From: Octopus sinensis
Lineage: Eukaryota
NCBI RefSeq assembly: GCF_006345805.1
Contig: NW_021826512.1
Coordinates: 1-12,788 of the forward strand
Reading direction: 5' to 3'
DNA: 12,788 bases
Part shown: positions 1 through 8,038 of the stretch, piece after piece
How the letters are laid out: each line of letters opens with the position of its first letter
How positions within the stretch are numbered: the first letter of the stretch is position 1
The notes under the pieces: generated by a model
The model's input: the letters and a program-made list of their open reading frames with translations, nothing else
Database searches by the model: none
Told to the model about the DNA's origin: nothing
Made by a program: the position numbers and the translations under genes

Positions 1-59
1 AAAATGAACAATTAAATTACACCATCTAGAAAATTACATATAATAGAAATATTAAAAAT

Positions 60-170
60 GAAATAACAATATTATACTGATGATTAAGTAATAAATTGCA
101 AAATAATAATATTGAATTTTTCCCTGTAAGTTAGGAATAATATTCCATCAAATTATTATATATATATATA
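60..170. mobile_element. Degenerate terminal remnant of an AT-rich repeat (possibly Penelope-like) ending in (TA)n
   Basis: Shares the 16-mer TTTTTCCCTGTAAGTT (117-132) with 6758-6773; both are followed within ~30 nt by TTATTAT(AT)n. The Penelope label is recollection/inference. Confidence 0.35.
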
Positions 171-262
171 TGCTCCCTCACTCCCCTTCTCTCTCCCCCT
201 CTCCCTCTTTCCTCCTTCCTCCTTCCTCCTCCCACCCCTTCCTTCTCCCCCTCCTCTCTCTA
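171..262. repeat. Polypyrimidine (CT/CCT) low-complexity tract
   Basis: Almost only C/T on the + strand. Confidence 0.85.
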
Positions 263-450
263 ACAAAAGATATTTACATGCTTACACACGCGCGCGCGCA
301 TCAATACACATTGATGTACACACCAACACACACATACACACACTCACAAATATCTGTGTGAACACGCTTATTCATTTACGCACGTATATTTCCATGTGCG
401 TGTTGGTATATGCGTATATTTGTAAGTTTGTGTATATGTATATGCGTATC

Positions 451-572
451 TGTGTGTGTTTGCGTGTGTTTGTGTGTGTGTGTGTGTGTGTTGTGAGTGT
501 GTGTGCGTGTGTGTGCGTGTGTGCGTGTGTGTGTGTTTTGTGTGTTGTGTGTGTTTGTGTGTGTGTGTGTGT

Positions 573-631
<59 letters not shown>

Positions 632-637
632 GGTTTG

Positions 638-668
<31 letters not shown>

Positions 669-678
669 TGTGTGTGTG
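451..678. repeat. Imperfect (TG)n microsatellite
   Basis: Seen directly; explains the CV/TH-rich ORFs. Confidence 0.97.
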
Positions 679-897
679 ACATGTTTGTAGGACTTCATTA
701 GAGAGACTTTTACTGCCGTAAGACTTCCATTCTCGTTTGACCTTTTCAAAACGGTTCTTCAAGGCTCTTACAACTCTCAGCGCTTTTTAATTCTCTTCCC
801 GAAGACTTCAAGAATCTTTTCACAATATTTCTTTCAAATGTCAACCTTGTGATCTCTTGGTATTTTTCTTTAGAATCATTAATTCAGTCAAACTAAC

Positions 898-1044
898 CTT
901 CACTTTTGGTTTGTAGGACTTCCAGCATAGCACAATTGAGAAATTGACCTCTCCATTCCGACTGGAATCCCTCAAAGACATAATCTTCACACTGATTAGA
1001 ACTTATTCCCTCCTCATTCATGAATCTTCTTTTCACGTCCACAT
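898..1044 (-). CDS. Candidate internal coding exon (147 nt, phase 1-1) of an unidentified gene
   Basis: Acceptor tttcttgtttaactacatttcatag| with branch-like TTTAAC; donor AAG|GTTAGT; open frame VDVKRRFMNEEGISSNQCEDYVFEGFQSEWRGQFLNCAMLEVLQTKSE; phase matches 1962-2051. Confidence 0.5.
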
Positions 1045-1090
1045 CTATGAAATGTAGTTAAACAAGAAACTTAGCTCTGTTCTAAATTCA

Positions 1091-1541
1091 TATTGGTTTC
1101 AAATTTTCGCACAAGGCCAGCAATTTCGGGAACGGGGCTAAGTCAATTGTATTATTATGGAAAGAGAGAGAACAGAACACATCATCAAAATGACGTTGGG
1201 ATACAAATATATGAAGCCCGATGTACCCGTCATGACTACATGTCTGATTAGGGTACAGTAGGCACATGCATCACAGCCATATGTGCGCTACATGGTGAAC
1301 TTATATAAAGATAAATAGCGCATGACCTTGCAGGTGGGGTCCAGTTAAAATTTTCTTCAGGTCGAGAAGCCCATACCGGTCCTTGAATAAGGGTTGTTTG
1401 AGGATGTTGAATGAAACACAGTACTTAACTGGTACTTATTTTATCGACCCTGAAAGGATGAAAAGCAAAGTCGAACTCGATGGAATTTGAACTCAGAAAG
1501 AATTTTGCCCAGCGTGCAAATGAATCTGTTAGCTCACCGCC
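1091..1541 (-). mobile_element. tRNA-derived SINE (family A), split by an insertion at 1151-1418
   Basis: Tail part 1091-1150 (ggtttcaaatttt..cacaaggccagc) and body/head 1419-1541 (B-box GAGTTCAAATTCC and head ggcggtgagct on the - strand) align with other copies; internal ~30-nt deletion. Confidence 0.85.
1151..1418 (-). mobile_element. 5'-truncated retroposon fragment nested in a SINE, with a short (AAT) tail
   Basis: Interrupts the family A SINE where other copies read continuously (gtcgatt..catcgacc-cagtac); ends ...ctttccataataat on the - strand. Family not identified. Confidence 0.6.
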
Positions 1542-1560
1542 TTCTGCTTTAAAACAGCAT

Positions 1561-1736
1561 TGATTTCAAATTCTGGTGCATGGATTACATCGACCCCATG
1601 GAATTTATTACATCGAGCCCGAAAGGGTAAAAGGCAAAGTTGACCTTGGCAGAATTTGAACTCAGAATGTGACAAAAGGAAGAAATACCGCTAAGCATTT
1701 TGCTCGGTGTGATCACGATTCTGACAGCTCACCGTC
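1561..1736 (-). mobile_element. Family A SINE, diverged copy with internal deletion
   Basis: aatttgaactcag (B box, reverse), aaataccgctaagcattt, head gacagctcaccgtc. Confidence 0.85.
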
Positions 1737-1752
1737 TTCTTTTCTGAATTTA

Positions 1753-1936
1753 TATTCTATTCTCCTCTAGGCACAAGACCCGAAATTTTGAGGGAAGGGG
1801 CTAGTCGATTAGATCGACCTCAGTACGCAACTGGTACTTAATTTATCGACCCCGAAAGGATGAAAGGCAAGGTCGACCTCGGTGGGATTTGAACTCAGAA
1901 CGGAAAGACGGACGAAATACCGCTAAGCATTTCGTC
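1753..1936 (-). mobile_element. Family A SINE, young copy with truncated head
   Basis: High similarity to 10231-10448 and 4031-4227. Confidence 0.9.
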
Positions 1937-1961
1937 ATATATCTCTCAAATTACAGGTTAC

Positions 1962-2051
1962 CTTCTTCATGCGAAAGCGATTTATTTAAGCATAAAGTTG
2001 TACTTTGCTGATGAGCAAAAGTAAAACATGTCCCGAGTTGTATTACTTGCT
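1962..2051 (-). CDS. Candidate internal coding exon (90 nt, phase 1-1)
   Basis: Acceptor ttgttttaatctttatttag|; donor AAG|GTAACC; open frame QVIQLGTCFTFAHQQSTTLCLNKSLSHEE; unique sequence between SINEs. Confidence 0.5.
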
Positions 2052-2150
2052 CTAAATAAAGATTAAAACAATACTGACTAGCATTTTTTCCCCTGCTCGT
2101 TTCACAAATATTTTTAGTTGATATTTTAAATATGTTTATAATATATTTCT

Positions 2151-2650
2151 AGGCGTAGGAGGGGCTGTGTGGTAAGTAGCTTGCTTACCAACCACATGGT
2201 TCCGGGTTCAGTCCCACTGCCTGGCACCTTGGACAAGTGTCTTCTACTATAGCCTCGGGCCGACCAAAGTCTTGTAAGTAGATTTGGTAGACGAAAACTG
2301 AAAGAAGCCCGTCGTATAAATGTATATACATAATATATCTTATATATTATATATATAATATATATATATATTATATATGTAATTATATATTATATATATA
2401 TATATATGTATGTATGTATGTATGTGTGTGTATATGTTTGTGTGGTCTGTGTTTGTCCCCCCAAAATCGCTTGACAACCGAAGCTGGTGTGTTTACGTCC
2501 CCGTAACTTAGCGGTTCCGCAAAAGAGACTGATAGAATAAGTACTAGGCTTACAAAGAATAAGTCCTGAGGTCAATTTTCTCGACTAAAGGCAGTGCTAC
2601 AGCATGGCCACAGTCAAATGACTGAAACATGTAAAAGAGTAAAAGGGTAT
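2151..2650 (+). mobile_element. tRNA-derived SINE (family B), full length, with internal (TA)n/(TG)n and a 3' tail resembling RTE-LINE ends
   Basis: A-box-like ggctgtgtggt, B-box gggttcagtccc, central microsatellite ~2315-2440, tail ggcagtgctacagcatggccacagtcaaatgactgaaac then (TAAAAGAG)-type repeats. The RTE link is recollection. Confidence 0.9.
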
Positions 2651-2719
2651 ACAAACAGGTTTTTGTTGGGGTTACCATGCTTTTACCGGTTCCATACGCA
2701 TTTGTTTGCGGAGCCTGTA

Positions 2720-2919
2720 TGCAGTCGATAGACTCGGTAGAAATAGCAACGAAAACACTCTCAAATTATACCCTACTGTTTTCAAAAATCGGGAGATACA
2801 TGAAATTTAGTCGCAGATACAGTCTCTGTGATAAGGTAGGGACAGTCACGACCAGAACGTCTTTGACCCTACTTCTGTTTGGTCAAATATGGATTGGGTT
2901 GAACAACAACAAAAACAAC
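2720..2919 (+). mobile_element. Degraded retroposon (family C) ending in (AAC)n
   Basis: agaaatagcaacgaaa..ctcaaattataccctac; tail gggttgaacaacaacaaaaacaac. Confidence 0.6.
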
Positions 2920-2942
2920 TTAGAGCAGAATCTACATTTCAA

Positions 2943-3160
2943 TTGTTGCTGTTGTTTAACCCTTGGACCATTCCTGTTGAGCAGATCTATAATATATGTT
3001 GTTCCAACCGTGGCCATTTTTTTTCTGTATTTCATTCGTTTTTAATGAGAGACTACGCTAAGGACCACGTTCCTGGATGTGCGTTTCCTTTTCAGAAGAG
3101 AAGGTCTGATTTAATGGAAATTTCGTTGTTATATCGAACAGGAGTTCACGTGACCAGACA
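2943..3160 (-). mobile_element. Degraded family C copy, tail-to-tail with 2720-2919
   Basis: On the - strand: gatataacaacgaaa..aaatcagacctt..agtctct..gggttaaacaacagcaacaa. Confidence 0.6.
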
Positions 3161-3185
3161 GAAACATTCTCGACTACTTGGTTAC

Positions 3186-3269
3186 TCATCGAGTCATCTC
3201 CCTTTAGAGTTGATGCTAAGATTCCTCCCAAGAGGTGGGTTGATATTTCTGTATTAAATGGCAGACTTT
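3186..3269 (-). CDS. Candidate internal coding exon (84 nt, phase 1-1)
   Basis: Strong acceptor ccttttatttacaagtttcctctttttcag|; donor TGA|GTAACC (moderate); frame SLPFNTEISTHLLGGILASTLKGDDSM; joins in frame to 1962-2051. Confidence 0.4.
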
Positions 3270-3559
3270 CTGAAAAAGAGGAAACTTGTAAATAAAAGGT
3301 TAAAGGTGGAGATTTTTCTTTCCATAAATCCTGTCATCATCTTGGAGAATTGCCAAAAAGGGGACAAAACGTCGCTTACACTTTCATCTTTTCTTCTTTA
3401 TCCTCCCTCCCCCCATACATATATCACCAACACCTCACCACTTCTCCCCCTCTTTCTCTTTCCTCACACACGTATACGCCACCACCACCACCACCACCAC
3501 CCACCCAAGCTTTTTCTTGTGAAATGTACTGCAAATAATAGGAAACGAATTTAGGAGTG

Positions 3560-3569
3560 AATAATAATA

Positions 3570-3617
<48 letters not shown>

Positions 3618-3641
3618 TAATGATAATAAAATATAATAATG

Positions 3642-3686
<45 letters not shown>

Positions 3687-3802
3687 TAATAATAATGATA
3701 ATAATAATGATAATAATATATAATAATAATAATAAGATAATAATAATGATAATAATAATAATAATGATAATAATGATAATAATAATGATAATAATAATAA
3801 TG

Positions 3803-3833
<31 letters not shown>

Positions 3834-4030
3834 TGATGATGATAGTAATAATATAATAATAAAATAATAATAATATAATAATGATGATGATGATGATGAT
3901 AAAATAATAATAATAATAATAATAATAATATAATAATAATAATAATAATAATAATGATTGATGATGATGATGATAATAATAATAATATAATAATAATGAT
4001 GATGATGATAATAATAATAAAAATAATAAT
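3560..4030. repeat. Long imperfect (AAT)n/(GAT)n microsatellite (~470 bp)
   Basis: Seen directly; contiguous with the 3' (TAT) tail of the - strand SINE at 4031-4227. Confidence 0.97.
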
Positions 4031-4227
4031 CCTGTCTACTATAGACACAAGAAATTTTGGGGGAGGTGACTAGTCGATTACATCGACCCCTGTGCTTCAC
4101 TGGCACTTAATTTATCGACCCCGGAAGGACGAAAAGCAGAGTCGACCATGGCGGAATTTGGACTGAGAACGTAAGGACGGACGAAATACTGCTAAGCATT
4201 TTCCCCGGCGTGCTAACGATTCCGCCG
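4031..4227 (-). mobile_element. Family A SINE; head lost upstream of the A box
   Basis: - strand begins cggcggaatcgttagcacgcc directly after a poly(A); tail runs into (TAT)n. Confidence 0.9.
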
Positions 4228-4542
4228 TTTTTTTTTTATTCACCACTAAGGATTCAGAAAAAGCATAGGGGACGGCACAGGACAATATGGGGGTTATATA
4301 AAATGGAGTCTGTAGACAGTGAAATCGATAACGAACTAAATTTCAACAATGAAAAGTTTCCCCAAAGGGGGTCTCTTTCTAGGATAGCTCGTGGAGACTC
4401 CCCGGTCGCCCTGAACGCTAGGGAAAGTGCCCTTACCACATCGTCCAACCGGTGCATGCTTGGAGTAGGCTTGTTCACTCGGACCATTCTTTCCCCATTC
4501 ACCCACCTTGCAATAAAATTGATGGAAGGCAGCACTTTCATC
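4228..4542 (-). mobile_element. 3' end of a poly(A)-tailed LINE (probably L1/Tx1 clade), 5'-truncated
   Basis: Ends tgaatccttagtggtgAATAAAAAAAAAA on the - strand; remnant peptide KVLPSINFIARWVNGERMVRVN resembles, from memory, the ORF2 C-terminus of Tx1-like elements. Confidence 0.55.
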
Positions 4543-4543
4543 T

Positions 4544-4752
4544 GGTGCACTTGGAGGTATCAGCTACCAACATGGCTGAGAAAGATTGGTGCAAGTGTAA
4601 AGGTAGAACATTGCTTGGAACTGTAAGAATTCTTCGCAGAGTTCTTGAGGCATGACCAGTAAACAAGTGTCGCCTTAGTCTGCTGGCTGTGGACAGCTGA
4701 CACATTCCATCATTCCCAGCAAAATAATCTGGGAGGTTTCATCAAATAATAA
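4544..4752 (+). mobile_element. 3' end of an R4/Dong-like (restriction-like endonuclease) non-LTR retrotransposon
   Basis: With two small deletions it reads GALGGIS-QLPTWLRKIGASVKVEH-LLGTVRILRRVLEA* (stop 4653-4655), matching the GALG...LQKxALLGTARILRxVL C-terminal motif; ~90-nt 3'UTR ends in aataataa. Confidence 0.7.
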
Positions 4753-4932
4753 CGGTTTCAAATTTTGGCACAAAACCAGCAAGTTTGAGGAAAGGGTCTA
4801 GGTCGGTTACATCGACTCCAGTGCGTAACTGGTACTTATTTTAAGGACCCCGAAAAGAATGAAAGGCTAAGTCGACCTCGGTGGAATTTGAACTCAGAAC
4901 GTAAAGACGGAAGAAATGCCGCTAAGTATTTT
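4753..4932 (-). mobile_element. Family A SINE, head truncated
   Basis: ggtttcaaattttggcacaa...aatttgaactcagaacgtaaagacgg; its tail overlaps the LINE (AAT) tail. Confidence 0.9.
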
Positions 4933-4943
4933 GATTTTTCGTG

Positions 4944-4947
<4 letters not shown>

Positions 4948-5025
<78 letters not shown>

Positions 5026-5070
5026 GAGGAGGAGAAGGTGGAGGAGGAGGAGGATGATTGAATGACAATG

Positions 5071-5109
<39 letters not shown>

Positions 5110-5125
5110 ATGGTTGTGATGATGA
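4948..5125. repeat. Compound trinucleotide array: perfect (AAT)25, then (GAG)n, (GAT), (GCT)11
   Basis: (AAT)25 at 4948-5022; (GCT)11 at 5073-5105. Confidence 0.97.
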
Positions 5126-5328
5126 CGTTAGTAACTTATCTCTTTTTTCTCTCGTAGTTGTAATAATAGGTCAAAAGACAGAAATCTCAAGCAAAAGGTA
5201 ACAATAAATAAATAAACATACAAATAAATAAATTTTGGATATAAAAACTATCAAAAAAAAAACAACATAAATGAAACAAACGTATCAAGTTGTTTCAGCA
5301 ATTTGTTATTTTGTTTAGCTCTTAGTCA

Positions 5329-5340
5329 GAGGAGGAGAAG

Positions 5341-5372
<32 letters not shown>

Positions 5373-5400
5373 GAATGAGGAAGAGGAGGGATGAATAGGG
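5329..5400. repeat. (GAG/GAA)n purine tract
   Basis: Seen directly. Confidence 0.9.
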
Positions 5401-5487
5401 GAGACAACTGTGATATTTGTATGGGGTCTGTAAGAGTGGTGGGTGAAGGGAAAAGAAACATCCGTTCGAGTGTCGTTGTTATTGCAA

Positions 5488-5692
5488 TTGTTGTTGTTTA
5501 ACCCCTGGTCTATACTAATCCTGTAGGCCTGTCTTCAAAGGCGTTACCATCATGATCAACCTGTCTTATTGTTTATCAGGCGTTGTGTATCAAGGACTGC
5601 TGTAGCCCACTGAGTATTTCTTATGTTACAGATTAAGGTAGGATCCCAGGGAAGGTTGACTAACTGCAGTTTCTAGCAGGTCGAGCCGAGCT
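5488..5692 (-). mobile_element. Degraded family C copy
   Basis: ttgttgttgtttaaccc tail and tttctagcaggtcgag internal motif. Confidence 0.55.
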
Positions 5693-5714
5693 ATTGTATA
5701 GATACTTCTCTTCG

Positions 5715-6262
5715 CAAAAGAATAATTATTAAAAATATATAAAATATGAAATGAATGAAAATATTAATTAAAAGATTATTAAATAAAATATATTTTAAAA
5801 ATAGAAAATAAAAAATATTGAAAAGTTTGTTGAAAAATAAATGTAAAAAAAAATGAGCATAAAATACAAAAATGATAAAATAATCATTAAAAAAAAACAA
5901 TCAACAAGAAAAATTAAAACAATAATTTGAAAAGGAATTAAAAAGTAAATTAAAAATAAATATTTCAGAAAAATTTTTCAAGAAAATATTTAGAATAATC
6001 ATTAAAAATAGTAATTTAAAGCGAGAAAATTTAAATAATTATTAAAAAACTATATTTATAAATATAAAAGAAATATAAAATCAATATGAAATAAATATAT
6101 ATAAACATAATATGCAATAAATATAAATGCAATATAAAATAAATCAAATATGAATATAAAATGCTAAAAATATAAATATAAATTGAAATAATTTAGAAAT
6201 TTAAATAATTATTTTGAAAGAAACGATAGACAACAAATAAAACAAATAAAACAAAACAAAAT
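5715..6262. repeat. Extremely A/T-rich low-complexity tract
   Basis: Mostly A/T with A-runs on the + strand. Confidence 0.85.
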
Positions 6263-6295
6263 TGTTTTCTGTGGAGAAAAGACAAAGAATCGGTG

Positions 6296-6330
6296 TCATG
6301 GCGTCATTTTTTAATAGAAACCGGAAGTTG
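6296..6330. promoter_or_regulatory. ETS site (ACCGGAAGT) beside a YY1-like ATGGCG
   Basis: ACCGGAAGT 6320-6328 and ATGGCGTC 6298-6305; motif match only. Confidence 0.3.
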
Positions 6331-6379
6331 CCCAAAATATGAAACGTTGTTCGTATTTGCTGCATAAATTAGTTGTTAC

Positions 6380-6417
6380 CTGATACGGTTATTCTATCGT
6401 CTTCATTTCCCTCTTTT
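6380..6417 (-). CDS. Candidate small coding exon (38 nt, phase 2-1)
   Basis: Donor CAG|GTAACA; acceptor ttggttttataaag| with upstream TTAACTAAT; frame KEGNEDDRITVS joins 3186-3269 in frame. Confidence 0.3.
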
Positions 6418-6499
6418 CTTTATAAAACCAAGTGGAACAGAATGTTATGATAATTAGTTAATACAAACATTAGATTAGAGGATAACTAAAAAGAAAAGC

Positions 6500-6538
6500 C
6501 TATATATATGCATACATACACACACACACACCCACAAC

Positions 6539-6610
<72 letters not shown>
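6500..6610. repeat. Compound (TA)(CA)n(TA)n microsatellite
   Basis: Seen directly. Confidence 0.95.
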
Positions 6611-6615
<5 letters not shown>

Positions 6616-6797
6616 TATATTAAATTAGAGATAAAACCACTATTAGGCAAATAATATTTGCCTAATAATATTTGCCTAATAGTGGTTTTATCTCTAATTT
6701 AATATAATATAATATAATATATTTATACTATAAAATTGGATTTAATCCTAAATCTGATTTTTCCCTGTAAGTTTGGATTTATTCCCTAATATTTTAT

Positions 6798-6800
<3 letters not shown>
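6611..6800. mobile_element. Foldback palindrome plus repeat terminus, probably a Penelope-like element remnant within a TA microsatellite
   Basis: Perfect inverted arms 6611-6653 and 6669-6711; 3' part shares a 16-mer with 117-132; flanked by (TA)n on both sides. Family call is inference. Confidence 0.5.
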
Positions 6801-6838
<38 letters not shown>

Positions 6839-7252
6839 ATAATTTAAAGAAAAATTACAAGAAGTCAGCGGACTTGTTTTGTTTTCGTATTTTATGCTGC
6901 TTTCTTTTGTTTTGTTTGAAAATATTCAACTTAAATGATTCTTAGTCACTATTATCGTGATCGGGTTAAACAATGTATCATCTCTTGTGATGTACGTCCG
7001 TGTGTGTGTGTACGTCCGTGTGTGTGTGTGTGGTGTAAGAATATCCTTCTTCCCAGCATCCAACCTCCATCCCTACACTTGCACTCACAACAACACTCAC
7101 CTCACATTACAACCCACACAACACACATACACACACACACACACACACACTCGCTCCTGCACCAATTTACAATTCAGTCAAAATAAAGGAAGACATTTTT
7201 CACGCGATACCAAAAGCAGCAGCGAAATAAACCAGAAGAGATATGCATGACG

Positions 7253-7904
7253 GTATTACTCGCCAAGGTAGGCGGCGAGCTGGCAGAAGCGTTAGCACGC
7301 CGGGCGAAATGCGTAGCCGTATTTCGTCTGCCGCTACGTTCTGAGTTCAAATTCCGCTGAGGTCGACTTTGCCTTTCATCCTTTCGGGGTCGATAAATTA
7401 AGTACCAGTTACGCACTAGGGTCGATTTAATCGACTTAATCCCTTTGTCTGTCCTTGTTTGTCCATTCTATGTTTAGCCCCTTGTGGTAGTAAAGAAATA
7501 TGTATTACTCGCCAAGGAAGACGGCGAGCTGGCAGAAGCGTTAGCACGCCGGGAGAAATGCGTAGCCGTATTTCGTCTGCCGCTACGTTCTGAGTTCAAA
7601 TTCCGCCGAGGTCGACTTTGCCTTTCATCCTTTCGGGTTCGATTAAATAAGTACCAGTGACGCACTGGGGTCGATATCATCGACTTAATACCTATGTCTG
7701 TCCTTGTTTGTCCCCTCTATGTTTAGCCCCTTGTGGGTAATAAAGAAATAGGTATTACTCGCCAAGGCATCGGGGTCGATTAAATAAGTACCAGTTACGC
7801 ACTGGGGTCGATATAATCGACTTAATACCTATGTCTGTCCTTGTTTGTCCCCTCTATGTTTAGCCCCTTGTGGGTAATAAAGAAATAAGTATTACTCGCC
7901 AAGG
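7253..7904 (+). mobile_element. Head-to-tail stack of three family A SINE variants separated by four identical 16-bp repeats
   Basis: GTATTACTCGCCAAGG at 7253, 7502, 7752 and 7889; SINE copies ~7269-7500 (full), ~7518-7750 (full), ~7768-7887 (5'-truncated); B box GAGTTCAAATTCC in both full copies. Confidence 0.93.
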
Positions 7905-8036
7905 CAGCGAGCTGGCAGAATCGGTAGCGCGTCAGACAATAATGCTTAGCGGCATTTCTTCTGGCTCTTTACGGTTTGAGTTCAAATACTACCGAAGTTA
8001 GTTTTATCTTTCTTCTTTTCGAGATCGATAAAATAC
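7903..8036 (+). mobile_element. Older, diverged family A SINE, 3'-truncated
   Basis: ggcagcgagctggcagaatcgg head and gagttcaaatac B box; ends at gatcgataaaatac. Confidence 0.85.
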
Positions 8037-8038
8037 AG

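Noticed and set aside
77-105. CTGATGA hammerhead-ribozyme core in the possible Penelope remnant
   Set aside because: No stem II followed by GAAA could be built; at best a decayed remnant.
170-762. ORFs rich in CV/TH/PS
   Set aside because: Translations of (TG)n and (CT)n microsatellites.
3435-4106. Long poly-Y/I/N/L ORFs (up to 223 aa)
   Set aside because: Translations of the (AAT)n array.
5073-5105. (CAG)11 on the - strand as a polyglutamine exon
   Set aside because: Embedded in a compound microsatellite with no convincing splice sites or coding context.
5158-5197. + strand mini-exon (VIIGQKTEISSK) phase-compatible with another at ~10811-10847 (DFTDLQYTNNSE)
   Set aside because: Good splice signals, but only two very short pieces with a 1-in-3 chance phase match; not enough to call a gene, though RNA-seq could revive it.
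7095-7102. Strong - strand donor AG|GTGAGT
   Set aside because: Upstream sequence is (TG)n microsatellite with no credible exon.
7269-7360. A/B boxes suggesting tRNA genes (also at 2151-2215 and 10229-10320)
   Set aside because: No cloverleaf that I could build; they are SINE heads continuing into SINE bodies.
7174-7680. Two similar - strand ORFs (80 and 68 aa)
   Set aside because: Antisense readings of the duplicated SINE copies.
7253-7904. Regularly spaced identical 16-bp repeats resembling a CRISPR array
   Set aside because: Eukaryotic context; the intervening sequences are 120-230-bp near-identical SINE copies, not unique spacers; no cas genes.
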